Shown: positions 15,734 through 23,792 of the stretch, one piece after another
How positions within the stretch are numbered: position 1 is the first letter of the stretch
Layout: each line of letters opens with the position of its first letter
Virus genome (UHGV): UHGV-0386553
DNA from: a virus
Strand: one strand, 5' to 3'
Length of the DNA stretch: 26,097 nt
Notes under the pieces: generated by a model
Seen by the model: the letters and a program-made list of their open reading frames with translations, nothing else
What the model was told of the DNA's origin: nothing
The model's database searches: none
Position numbers and translations under genes: made by a program

Positions 15734-15777
15734 TCCTGCAATAAAGGGGCCGAAGCCCCTTGTCTGATCCGCGAGGC

Positions 15778-16122
15778 TTACACGCCCAGTTCTTTACGCT
15801 TATCTGCGATCTTCTCGCGGAGCGTTTCAGCTTTGGCGTTATGGTGTGGCTTCTCGTTAAAGAGCAATTCGTACTCTTCACGGAGCTTATCCAGTTCACC
15901 ATCATCTGACACATCGTTGATGATTTTGGTGCTGGTTGCTGCCATTGACACCTTTACTGCAACTTTTGCTTTTGCCTGTCTGGCTGCATCGTTAACAGGT
16001 TCCAGTGCGCTACCAGGCTCACCTTCGTATTCGATTTCTGCCCCCTCCGGCCACAGTGTGTTATGGATATGAGAGAGGCGCAGAACGCGGTATCTTGGTT
16101 TCTCACCTGACATCGATATCAC
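15778..16122 (-). CDS. Hypothetical virion-module protein (114 aa)
   Basis: ORF in the structural block with a charged, helical C-terminal half. No family recognised. Confidence 0.4.
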   Translation of the reverse strand: MISMSGEKPRYRVLRLSHIHNTLWPEGAEIEYEGEPGSALEPVNDAARQAKAKVAVKVSMAATSTKIINDVSDDGELDKLREEYELLFNEKPHHNAKAETLREKIADKRKELGV

Positions 16123-16123
16123 C

Positions 16124-16561
16124 TTAACCAGTTACTTTTGAGCGGATCGGGTACGGCGTATTGGCATCAACATCCAGACTGATACCCGCAGTGAATTTGC
16201 CGGCCGTTAGTGGGCCAGTTGCGACGGAGTAGTTAACACGCAGATATCGCTGAACACCGGCTGGCACCTTTGCAGAAACAACTCGCTTACCTGCTGTCAG
16301 GGTGGCCTTTGCCAACGCACCACTATCATAAATAGTGGTCCAAGAGCTGTTATTCTCACTCGTCTGCAACTGGATGTTTACAGTTGCCTCACTACTTGCC
16401 GTGGCGGCTTCGTTAACCAGCCCCCAAAACTCAAGCGGGTAACCCACACCGATATCGCGACGGTTTCCATCAATTGGACCGAGATCGATTACGTCAGTAG
16501 AAGCCGCGGTATCAGTTACCGCCTGTGCTTCGGAGAACATCAACAGTTTGTCGGTGATCAT
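16124..16561 (-). CDS. Hypothetical structural protein (145 aa), possibly head decoration or minor capsid protein
   Basis: ORF immediately downstream of the major capsid gene; Thr/Ser/Ala-rich. Function inferred from position only. Confidence 0.4.
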   Translation of the reverse strand: MITDKLLMFSEAQAVTDTAASTDVIDLGPIDGNRRDIGVGYPLEFWGLVNEAATASSEATVNIQLQTSENNSSWTTIYDSGALAKATLTAGKRVVSAKVPAGVQRYLRVNYSVATGPLTAGKFTAGISLDVDANTPYPIRSKVTG

Positions 16562-16576
16562 CTTCTTTCTCCATTA

Positions 16577-16596
16577 GTGGGTCTGTTACGACCCAC
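16577..16596 (-). other. Stem-loop immediately after the capsid gene (GTGGGTC-TGTTAC-GACCCAC)
   Basis: Perfect 7-bp stem between the capsid stop (16613) and the next start; no U-tract. Position is analogous to the T7 T-phi element after gene 10. Confidence 0.35.
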
Positions 16597-16612
16597 AGGT
16601 TAATAACAGGCG

Positions 16613-17605
16613 TTACACCACGCGGGCTTCTGTTTCCAGAAGCGCATCAGTTTCACGGATTGGTACACCACGGAATGACGTCCACCACTCGCCTTCAGTC
16701 TCTTTTACGCTAATCGCCAGAGATGTTTTCTCCAGAGACTGCAAATCAAGAGCCTGGCCTACAGTGCGGTTCATGTAGAACACCGGGCGACCCATGCCAC
16801 GGTTTGGAATGCGATGCAGTGCTTTAACCATCAACTTCGCAATATTTGCGGCAGAGGAAGGTTCTGAAAGATTGCTGACATCGATGTTTGCAATGCGAAC
16901 AACATAACGCCAGTCACGCAGAGCAAGTCCGTTGTCCCATTTGTAATGGGTACGGTAGCCTTCGTACTTGCCGCCATTAGCATCTTCCAGTGTCACCTGG
17001 CCTTTATCTTCCATCTGAATGCCAGCCTTCTGCCCTTTCGGGAAGATGCCATGCACGGTGTTTTCGCCCCACACCACTAACCAGATTGAGGTGTTATCTG
17101 TACCCGTGCCACCAGCATCAATGATGTTCTGAGCATTACCTGCAGACAGGCTGGAATAGCGGGAGGACAGTCCCATAAACTGCTGAGGGTTAACGCTGGA
17201 ATCACCATAAAACAGCGTCTGCGCCATCTGCTGATTCATCGCTTCAATAAATGCGCGGTCTTCAGAAAGGCGGAATTCGGCGGTATTGCCGTTCAGATCA
17301 GCCAGTGACTTATCGACTTCAGCATAGGTTTCCAGCATGCCCACGTAATCGGTTACCTGCACTGTGGTTGATTTGCTTGGCTGTACGCCATAGTTCAGCA
17401 AACGCCAGGTAGCTGAAGGTAAACCAGAACGAATGGTGGTTCGGTGTCCGGTAGGAAGGTTCCCTTCGACAAAAGGCATATCCTGAAGGATCGGGTTAGT
17501 TTGACCGAGAAGCTCGATAATCTTATCGACTTTCCCGTTTGGATCGACGCGCTTACCCCAGTCAGCCAGCGTTAGCGCAGTTAAGCCTTTAACAGCCATT
17601 GTCAT
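16613..17605 (-). CDS. Major capsid protein (330 aa)
   Basis: Follows the scaffold gene; size and position typical of an HK97-fold podovirus capsid protein. Start MTMAVKGL has a good RBS context. Confidence 0.7.
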   Translation of the reverse strand: MTMAVKGLTALTLADWGKRVDPNGKVDKIIELLGQTNPILQDMPFVEGNLPTGHRTTIRSGLPSATWRLLNYGVQPSKSTTVQVTDYVGMLETYAEVDKSLADLNGNTAEFRLSEDRAFIEAMNQQMAQTLFYGDSSVNPQQFMGLSSRYSSLSAGNAQNIIDAGGTGTDNTSIWLVVWGENTVHGIFPKGQKAGIQMEDKGQVTLEDANGGKYEGYRTHYKWDNGLALRDWRYVVRIANIDVSNLSEPSSAANIAKLMVKALHRIPNRGMGRPVFYMNRTVGQALDLQSLEKTSLAISVKETEGEWWTSFRGVPIRETDALLETEARVV

Positions 17606-17613
17606 TTCCTCTC

Positions 17614-18315
17614 TTATTTGCCATAGAGCACTTCGGCCGCACTACGCTGGCCTTCATTACCACCGGTGACCATGCCATCTTCAGACATCGCCTTTCCGAT
17701 TTTCACGAACGTTTTGACCAGATCAGGGTGATTACCCAGCCCGGTGGTGTTCAGATATTCTTTGAGTTCAGGTGTCCCGAACTGGTCAAGCGCACGCTGT
17801 GCGGCGCTAAGGTTAGAAATCAACTTGTCGCCACCGATTTCTTTGTCAGCTTTTACATCAGCAGCCCACTGCTCGGTTGTTTTCTGCCAGGCTTCTGCCT
17901 GGCGCTGCTGCACACCTGCCAGAATCTTCGGATAAGCATCAACCAGCTTTTGCGCTTGCTCGTTGGTCAGGTTAAGTTCTCGCGCCACCGGCTCGAACTC
18001 CTTCAACGCTTCTGTATCCAGCTCTACGCCTTCGGCAGCCTGAAACTCGTACTTCTCAGGCGCACCCTCTGGTTTATCGCCGTCCTTTTTTTCATCCTGC
18101 TTATCGTTTTCAGACTTTTTGTCATCAGCAGGTTTATCGCCATCAGCAACAGGTTGTGGCTTATCACCTTCCTGTTGTGATGGATCACCAACTGGAGCAG
18201 GGTTATCACCTGCAGGCGCTGACGGTTCTGACGCAGCCGGAGCTACTCCACCATCGACTGGTTGCTCATTGCAAAGACGGCGATACAGCAAACGCTCAAA
18301 TAAACTCATGATCAC
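17614..18315 (-). CDS. Capsid scaffolding protein (233 aa)
   Basis: Acidic, Pro/Asp/Lys-rich low-complexity N-terminal half and helical C-terminal half; sits between portal and capsid genes. Confidence 0.6.
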   Translation of the reverse strand: MIMSLFERLLYRRLCNEQPVDGGVAPAASEPSAPAGDNPAPVGDPSQQEGDKPQPVADGDKPADDKKSENDKQDEKKDGDKPEGAPEKYEFQAAEGVELDTEALKEFEPVARELNLTNEQAQKLVDAYPKILAGVQQRQAEAWQKTTEQWAADVKADKEIGGDKLISNLSAAQRALDQFGTPELKEYLNTTGLGNHPDLVKTFVKIGKAMSEDGMVTGGNEGQRSAAEVLYGK

Positions 18316-18608
18316 TCCTGTTCACTGGCCTCTTTGGCCATCTTCAAATACTGTTCAGGGCAATGCGCCATAACGCGCTGAAACAGTTCCAGCGCCAGAT
18401 TGCGTTGCCCCTCATTAAATGCCATTGCCATAGCGTCCATCGGCGAGATAGCGGAAAACACACGGCCTTTCTCCAGTACCGACCAGACAACCCGACGCCC
18501 CTGTTCACAGCTCATGACAAAGCGAATGTCATCAATTTCACGCTGTGCCATGTCACGTTGCTTACGGGCGTTTTCTTCTTTCAGTTGATCGTCTTCGTAA
18601 TCTGTCAT
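18312..18608 (-). CDS. Small hypothetical protein (98 aa) between portal and scaffold genes
   Basis: ATGA overlaps at both ends (portal stop / its start; its stop / scaffold start). Confidence 0.45.
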   Translation of the reverse strand: MTDYEDDQLKEENARKQRDMAQREIDDIRFVMSCEQGRRVVWSVLEKGRVFSAISPMDAMAMAFNEGQRNLALELFQRVMAHCPEQYLKMAKEASEQE

Positions 18609-20284
18609 TGTGATTGCCCACCCTGACCACTAACTGCATTCGCCATAGCTGACAAAACACTCGGATCCGAAGTTTTAGCTTCGCTTAGCGTCTTGGCCCC
18701 CTGTGCCGCCGCCATCCCCATCGCCATCATTTGTTGCTGCTGTTGCTGCTGTGCCCGTTGCTGGCGAGCCTGCTCAACCTGTTCCTGCGGAACAATGACG
18801 GTTGGAGACACTCCTGACATATCAGCGAATGCATCGATCGCCTGATCAACGTTGAGTTTGTCGAGAGCTTCTGGTTTCGCTTGCGCAAGTTGACCAATGA
18901 AGTTAACCGTGGACGCCAGACTGGACAGGCCGATAGACTTCTGCGCCTGAGCCATGACGGAAATGTATTCGACCTTCAGGGGCATGCCTTCCATCGCGTC
19001 AGGCGGTGGCGGCAGCATGTTTTTACGCACCATCATCGAGAAAGCGCGGTCAATGAGAGGATTAAGACATTCGTCGTTCAGACGCTCCAGAACCGGCCCC
19101 AACATCAGAAGTTTTTCTTCTTTCATTTCGATCACCGCTTCAACAGGCATCGAGCGGGTATTGATGTTCTGCAACATCATGAACAGATCGACAAAGTAGG
19201 CGCTGTTAATGATTTGACGAGTGTCCTGAATGTCTGCCACCAAATCTGCTGTACTGGGGTTAACCAGATAAGCAGGCCTGAAGCCATCCTGACCAGTAAT
19301 CTGATCGATATACGTGATGTCGCCAGGAAGAAGGGAGGCGCGCTGATTCTTGAGGGAAGTCGGAGCAACCATCGGCGGATTGGTGGCTTTATCAATCAAC
19401 TGCGACTTGCGCTTCTGGAGAAGCTGCAATGCCTTAACAGGTCCAAGCGCCAGCATACCCGGGCATGATGATCCATAAACATCTTCGCCGTTAACTTCCC
19501 AGCGCGGAGCCATAATTGGAAACTCATCGAATCCGGACTCACGCAACAACTTGTCGTTATCGCCACCAACCTCGTAATAAACCGATTTGAATGGCTTGTT
19601 CTTGCTATCCAGCTTCGATGTATCGCGCTCAATGTTCGGGTAAACCGAATGCATCACTTCAATCCACTTCTCGTAGGTGCCGCTTTCCCACATGCTTTTT
19701 ACGGATTCGCTGACGTTATTTAGCCCGAACTCCTGAACAAGCTGACGAACAGTCATAGAGAACTTGCGGAAACAGGTGTCCACACTGCCACGAGGTGAGT
19801 TAGCCAGGTAGTAACTGCCTATAGGGAATGGCATTGTGCGAATGATGTCCTCGTCATCCTCCAGCACCGCCATTGCACCAGTGCTGTATGTGCCGAGGCT
19901 TCCGTATAACTGCGGAAGAGACTGGTAGAGATTCGACTTATTGAACATATCGTTCATGCGGTTCTGCACCGCCTCAAGCCACAACTTAACAGGGCCATAA
20001 TCCATCATTTCAGGATCTGGCGTAGCCAGGCGAAACCACGGACGGGCGGGGCTTGTGATGCCTGACATCATGCCGCTGGCGAGAGTGCGCGCCGCCATAG
20101 TCCCGGTCGAATCAATAATGCGTGTATTGCGTCGATCGTTACGGTTGACCTCAGAAGTCAGAAAGCGGGAACCACGCGGGTTGATGTAATCACTCAACTC
20201 GCGCCAGTGCGGCTCGAACGACTGACGCTCGCTTTCAAGTTGTGCGAACTGTTTGTTCAATCGCTCTTTAGTTGTTTCCGCCAT
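18605..20284 (-). CDS. Portal (head-to-tail connector) protein, T7 gp8-type (559 aa)
   Basis: Size; Gln/Met-rich C-terminal tail QQQQQQQMMAMGMAAAQGA as in T7 gp8; GGAG RBS; immediately upstream of the scaffold and capsid genes. Confidence 0.75.
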   Translation of the reverse strand: MAETTKERLNKQFAQLESERQSFEPHWRELSDYINPRGSRFLTSEVNRNDRRNTRIIDSTGTMAARTLASGMMSGITSPARPWFRLATPDPEMMDYGPVKLWLEAVQNRMNDMFNKSNLYQSLPQLYGSLGTYSTGAMAVLEDDEDIIRTMPFPIGSYYLANSPRGSVDTCFRKFSMTVRQLVQEFGLNNVSESVKSMWESGTYEKWIEVMHSVYPNIERDTSKLDSKNKPFKSVYYEVGGDNDKLLRESGFDEFPIMAPRWEVNGEDVYGSSCPGMLALGPVKALQLLQKRKSQLIDKATNPPMVAPTSLKNQRASLLPGDITYIDQITGQDGFRPAYLVNPSTADLVADIQDTRQIINSAYFVDLFMMLQNINTRSMPVEAVIEMKEEKLLMLGPVLERLNDECLNPLIDRAFSMMVRKNMLPPPPDAMEGMPLKVEYISVMAQAQKSIGLSSLASTVNFIGQLAQAKPEALDKLNVDQAIDAFADMSGVSPTVIVPQEQVEQARQQRAQQQQQQQMMAMGMAAAQGAKTLSEAKTSDPSVLSAMANAVSGQGGQSQ

Positions 20285-20298
20285 TTCAATGACTCCGG

Positions 20299-20505
20299 TT
20301 ACTGACCAAGCAGCGTTTTACCGCTGGTATTAGCGGTTGATGTGTCGCCCTGAGAACCGGTAAGCAGCGTAGAACTACGACCAGCAGCAGCGCGACGGCG
20401 ACGTGTTTCTTCGTCGCGGGCATCAACAACGGCGGCATCCTGCTCCTGTGGTGCTGCCTGAACTTCTGGTGTTGCAGGCACTGATGGTGAGCTACCCATG
20501 CACAT
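20299..20505 (-). CDS. Small low-complexity ORF (68 aa) upstream of the portal gene; uncertain
   Basis: Start context CGGAGTCATTGAtATG duplicates the portal start context CGGAGTCATTGAaATG. Ala/Arg/Thr-rich product. Overlaps another frame (20286..20525) that looks less protein-like. Confidence 0.3.
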   Translation of the reverse strand: MCMGSSPSVPATPEVQAAPQEQDAAVVDARDEETRRRRAAAGRSSTLLTGSQGDTSTANTSGKTLLGQ

Positions 20506-20594
20506 ATCAATGACTCCGTACGCAATTAAATTATTACCAATTTAACGACATATGATTTATTTATCGTAGATAGTTGACATTTAATGCACGAATT

Positions 20595-20611
20595 ATTACC
20601 CTTCAGGTAAG
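20595..20611. promoter_or_regulatory. Operator-like inverted repeat, copy 4 (ATTACC-CTTCA-GGTAAG)
   Basis: 16 nt downstream of a consensus -35 TTGACA (20574-20579); faces the rightward tRNA / Gp49-like unit. Confidence 0.5.
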
Positions 20612-20864
20612 TAAATAGTTCATTCCGGTTATTAACCTGACTGGCTTGTCGTTAAATTGAACAGGTGGAGTGAGCTTTTATTTTGAGCAGTACGGCGTAT
20701 GGCACATGCGACGATAGCGGTCTGGATACGTTTAAGGGGCACCCTCCCTTGCTCGGGCAAACGAACCAGGTAGCCGGAATGTGCAAGTCGAGCGGTTTTA
20801 TTCCGCGCACGGGGATTCACCATCCCGGCGATTTGGTGTGACGCCTCGGAAGAGACGAGGGTAC

Positions 20865-20932
20865 AACGCTGAGAGCATTTATGGAGCCGCGACAAAGTGT
20901 GGCGCCTTAACAGGCTAAGTGCTCTCAGCGTT
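20865..20932 (+). other. 13-bp perfect inverted repeat (AACGCTGAGAGCA ... TGCTCTCAGCGTT) forming a long stem-loop abutting the tRNA 5' end
   Basis: Arms at 20865-20877 and 20920-20932 with a 42-nt loop; the tRNA starts at 20934. Possible precursor-processing structure or small RNA. Confidence 0.4.
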
Positions 20933-20933
20933 G

Positions 20934-21009
20934 TGGCATTAGCTCAGTTGGACAGAGCAACCGCCTTCTAAGAGGTTGGTCGCAGGTTCGAATCCTGCAT
21001 GCCACGCCA
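20934..21009 (+). tRNA. tRNA-Arg (anticodon UCU, reads AGA)
   Basis: Manual cloverleaf: acceptor GTGGCAT/ATGCCAC, D-arm GCTC-AGTTGGACA-GAGC, anticodon loop CTTCTAA (U33, anticodon TCT, A37), T-arm GCAGG-TTCGAAT-CCTGC, discriminator G, encoded CCA. One G-A mismatch in the anticodon stem. Resembles E. coli argU. Confidence 0.8.
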
Positions 21010-21052
21010 GAATCACGCCTAAGGACCGTGATGCCAGAAGTTCCAGGTGCTT

Positions 21053-21096
21053 GGCGGTGATGGTTTCCCTTGAAGGACTATCACCGCCCTTTTTAC
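21053..21096 (+). terminator. Intrinsic terminator downstream of the tRNA
   Basis: GGCGGTGAT ... ATCACCGCC 9-bp stem with an 18-nt loop, followed by CTTTTTAC. Confidence 0.5.
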
Positions 21097-21172
21097 AGCA
21101 GGACGCCATTGCGATGACTTCATGCTGTAAACCCGTACAGACACGGAAGGCATAACTCATTGCTTCCAGTTC

Positions 21173-21197
21173 GCCCGGTTCGCCGGGCATTTTTTTA
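21173..21197 (+). terminator. Intrinsic terminator (UUCG tetraloop)
   Basis: GCCCGG-TTCG-CCGGGC followed by ATTTTTTTA; ends 10 nt before the RBS of the Gp49-like gene. Confidence 0.65.
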
Positions 21198-21207
21198 AGG
21201 TGAGATT

Positions 21208-21564
21208 ATGAACGACCAGCAAATCGAAAAAGAAATCGTTGAGAAAGGCAAAACCGCTCCGCGAGTTACGCCTCAATATATCGAAAGCATCATTCTTGAA
21301 GAGCATTTCTTTACTGCTTATGACGGCATTCGTGCTGCCAATATGGGCGTTGGCGATTCATGGACAGCGCATAAATCTACAGACCTCCTGACTTTCTGCG
21401 TACTGGTGCTGAAGAATGGCTTCACCGTCACCGGAGAGAGTGCCTGTGCAAGCCCGGAAAACTTTGATGCAGAAATTGGTCGGAAGATTGCCCGGCAGAA
21501 TGCTGTAAACAAAATCTGGATGCTTGAAGGTTACTTGCTGAAGCAGAAGTTAAGCGAGCAATAA
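21208..21564 (+). CDS. Gp49-like protein (phage N4 gp49 / Sf6 gene 66 family), 118 aa
   Basis: AAGGTGAG RBS; product contains LTFCVLVLKNGFTVTGESACASPENFDAEIGRKIA...KIWMLEGYLL, which matches my recollection of this family. Opposite strand to the structural genes. Confidence 0.55.
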   Translation: MNDQQIEKEIVEKGKTAPRVTPQYIESIILEEHFFTAYDGIRAANMGVGDSWTAHKSTDLLTFCVLVLKNGFTVTGESACASPENFDAEIGRKIARQNAVNKIWMLEGYLLKQKLSEQ

Positions 21565-21568
21565 CACC

Positions 21569-21580
21569 GTGACATGTCAC
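21569..21580. repeat. 12-bp perfect palindrome GTGACATGTCAC, copy 1
   Basis: Seen directly; an identical 14-nt core CGTGACATGTCACA recurs at about 23832-23845. Confidence 0.5.
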
Positions 21581-21584
21581 AAAC

Positions 21585-21612
21585 AGCCAGCCGATGAGCT
21601 GGCTTTGTTTTA
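21585..21612 (+). terminator. Rho-independent terminator after the Gp49-like gene
   Basis: AGCCAGC-CGATGA-GCTGGCT followed by TTGTTTTA. Confidence 0.7.
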
Positions 21613-21654
21613 TCCTCACCAGAGGATATCTCCGTCATTATCCCCGCTAACGGA

Positions 21655-23130
21655 TTAAGCATAGGGATCGTAATCTGTAATGGTCTTGCCTTGCTGGTTC
21701 TGCTGCCCGGGAATTCGCAGGCGCTTTGACACCGGGAAAGCAAACGTCAGCAGTAGCGCATCGCCTTTACCAGGCGAACGCCCAAGCCGCTCCTTGATAT
21801 CTTCCTTCGGTTCGATAACGATTTTACCGTCCACTCGAACTTTGTACTCTGCCGCCGACAGGTCGTCTGCTGTTTCCTGGTCATCCAGCATGCCGCCAAG
21901 CCTCAGCCATGTCTTGCATGAATTGAACATCTCCCCACGCTTGTTGAGCATCTGCGGGTCAGTAGACGCGCCACCGAACGGAACAAGTTGCCATGTACGA
22001 CCCCAGCCGTCACCGATTGACTTCAGCCCGGTACCGTAACCGAAGTCGATGAACACCGCGTCAGCCTGATACTGGTCTTCAAAGTCAGCGATACGCTTCG
22101 CCATAATCAGATCGTCGGTAGTCTTGTTGCCAGTCCACAGCACCTTACTGTGTAGCCCCTGCCGCAGGTATATCACAGCGTCATCAACGCCTGAATATGC
22201 CGGGTCAACACCGATTATCACCGGAGCATGCGCCACCTGCGCAGCGGTTACCACCCGTTTCATTGCCTCATCAGTAAGACCTGTAGGGATAAACTGCAAT
22301 TCAGATGCATCAGGGAATATGCCACGCACACGGATTTTAACGAAGTCGCTGTCTTCCCCGTAGTCATCAACCCATTTCTGCAACTGCTGTTTGTTAGTGC
22401 CTTCCACCGTCCGGCTGTCAATCTGCGCAGTTTTCCAGCGGTGTTTATATTTGCGGAAACATTCACGGAATCGCCCGGTATTACGCGTCGGGTTTCCGAA
22501 CGCCACCCAGATAATCTCAGTGTCTTCGTCCGTTAGCGCACCTTCGGCAACTTCCCACACCAGATCCGCAATGTTCGACGCTTCATCGAATACCACGATG
22601 ATGCGTTTGCGCTCGTTGTGTAGTCCGGCGAATGCCTCAGTGTTGTGCTCAGACCAGGGGATTGCGTCAGCTCGCCACCGCTTGTCGTGCCCAGGATCAT
22701 TGCTGTACATCGCGGTAGCGGTACAGGTAAACCAGTCTTTCGTGATAGCAAGGTTCGACCACTTGATAATTTCCGGCCAGGTCTTCGTTCGTAGCTGGTT
22801 GTCGGTGTTGGCGGTCACCACGACCTTACAATCCTCGCAAGTGGACATGCCCCAGTTGATCAGCATTGAGATGAATGCGGATTTACCAATACCGTGACCA
22901 GAAGCGCGTGCCAGCATAAGCGGCTGATAGCGCGTCTCTGGATTCTGCAGGTGATCACGTATCTCTCGGAACGCATCAGCCTGCCACTGACGTGGACCGG
23001 TGGCATGTGCCAGTTCAGTCCCCTCTTCCCCCCACGGGAACGCATAGAGGGCATAGCCAAGCGGATCGTGAGTGAACCCTGCAATATCCTCGATCAACTG
23101 CTCTTCAGGAGATAACGCTGCATCTGTCAC
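21655..23130 (-). CDS. Terminase large subunit (491 aa)
   Basis: Follows the small-subunit gene with a 4-nt overlap; size; Walker-A-like segment ARASGHGIGKSAF; C-terminal nuclease-like region with acidic residues. Confidence 0.8.
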   Translation of the reverse strand: MTDAALSPEEQLIEDIAGFTHDPLGYALYAFPWGEEGTELAHATGPRQWQADAFREIRDHLQNPETRYQPLMLARASGHGIGKSAFISMLINWGMSTCEDCKVVVTANTDNQLRTKTWPEIIKWSNLAITKDWFTCTATAMYSNDPGHDKRWRADAIPWSEHNTEAFAGLHNERKRIIVVFDEASNIADLVWEVAEGALTDEDTEIIWVAFGNPTRNTGRFRECFRKYKHRWKTAQIDSRTVEGTNKQQLQKWVDDYGEDSDFVKIRVRGIFPDASELQFIPTGLTDEAMKRVVTAAQVAHAPVIIGVDPAYSGVDDAVIYLRQGLHSKVLWTGNKTTDDLIMAKRIADFEDQYQADAVFIDFGYGTGLKSIGDGWGRTWQLVPFGGASTDPQMLNKRGEMFNSCKTWLRLGGMLDDQETADDLSAAEYKVRVDGKIVIEPKEDIKERLGRSPGKGDALLLTFAFPVSKRLRIPGQQNQQGKTITDYDPYA

Positions 23131-23723
23131 TGATTGCCATCCTGACGTTCTTTCAGTCTCTTCCTGGCTGCCGCTATGCGATCAGCAATTGTCACATTCA
23201 CATTAACATCCAGACGTTCTTTGAACGCGTTGACATCAACATGCTTACCAATCAGCTCAAGGTTCTTCACCTTGTCAGGCCATTTAATTTTTTTGAGGAT
23301 TGTCTCTATCGAATCCTCGTTCATGTTCATGATGGTCGATGACAGATCAAAGCCACTAAGCGTAGTGCGCCAGATTTTCGGCCACTCACGGATTGGTTTA
23401 AGGCTCCCATCGTCGTTGAGGATATCGATCACGTCCATCTGGTCGATCTCCACCAGGCGCATGAGAACGTAATCAGCACTGACGCGCATTCGTTTGTTGC
23501 GCTCCTCCATCAACTCGGCAATCCGTTTTTGAATGCGTTCATCGCGCATCATGACACTGGCTTTAACTGCCGCTGTATTTGGGGAGAATCCTGCGTTAAT
23601 CGCTGCCTGAGTCTGGTTTTCAGGCGTTTTGATGTATGACTGGCAATAAGCCTCCTGCATTGCTGTTAGTGGCTTAAATTGCGTTGATTTGCGTTTATAG
23701 GTTTTAGGTTCAGCAGGCATCAT
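23127..23723 (-). CDS. Terminase small subunit, P27-type (about 198 aa from the Met-Met start)
   Basis: Track ORF 23127..23801; preferred start is MMPAEPKTYKRK... at 23721-23723 because the upstream in-frame codons are tandem DNA repeats. N-terminal region LTAMQEAYCQSYIKTPENQTQAAINAGFSPNTAAVKAS is the typical small-terminase HTH signature. Confidence 0.7.
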   Translation of the reverse strand: MMPAEPKTYKRKSTQFKPLTAMQEAYCQSYIKTPENQTQAAINAGFSPNTAAVKASVMMRDERIQKRIAELMEERNKRMRVSADYVLMRLVEIDQMDVIDILNDDGSLKPIREWPKIWRTTLSGFDLSSTIMNMNEDSIETILKKIKWPDKVKNLELIGKHVDVNAFKERLDVNVNVTIADRIAAARKRLKERQDGNQ

Positions 23724-23730
23724 AACCACC

Positions 23731-23762
23731 GTGGTAATAGTTACCGTTGTGGTAATAGTACC
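23731..23762. repeat. Tandem direct repeat GTGGTAATAGT(T)ACC x2, each containing the palindrome GGTAA-N3-TTACC
   Basis: Seen directly, just upstream of the terminase small-subunit start. Confidence 0.5.
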
Positions 23763-23764
23763 AT

Positions 23765-23792
23765 GCAAAATAAAGCCGCCATAGTTGGCGGC
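23765..23792 (-). terminator. Intrinsic terminator upstream of the terminase genes (leftward)
   Basis: GCCGCC-AACTAT-GGCGGC stem (23775-23792) followed on the minus strand by TTTATTTTGC. Confidence 0.55.

Noticed and set aside
15593-16072. Plus-strand 159-aa ORF
   Set aside because: Antisense to two coupled minus-strand virion genes; Ser-rich low-complexity product.
17599-18180. Plus-strand 193-aa ORF
   Set aside because: Antisense to the scaffold gene; hydrophobic low-complexity product typical of the reverse frame of an acidic protein.
18881-19468. Plus-strand 195-aa ORF
   Set aside because: Antisense inside the portal gene.
20286-20525. Minus-strand 79-aa ORF
   Set aside because: His/Arg/Cys-rich and overlapping the alternative 68-aa frame; neither is strongly supported, and the 68-aa frame at least has a duplicated RBS/start context.
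20632-20895. Minus-strand 87-aa ORF
   Set aside because: Lies across the structured leader and inverted repeat upstream of the tRNA on the opposite strand; no RBS; more likely non-coding.
20690-20933. Possible second tRNA upstream of tRNA-Arg
   Set aside because: I could not fold a cloverleaf (no T-loop GTTCRA motif or D-arm); only a long simple stem-loop is present.
21680-22897. Plus-strand ORFs inside the terminase large-subunit gene (21680..22039, 22391..22897 and others)
   Set aside because: Antisense shadow ORFs in a confidently called gene.
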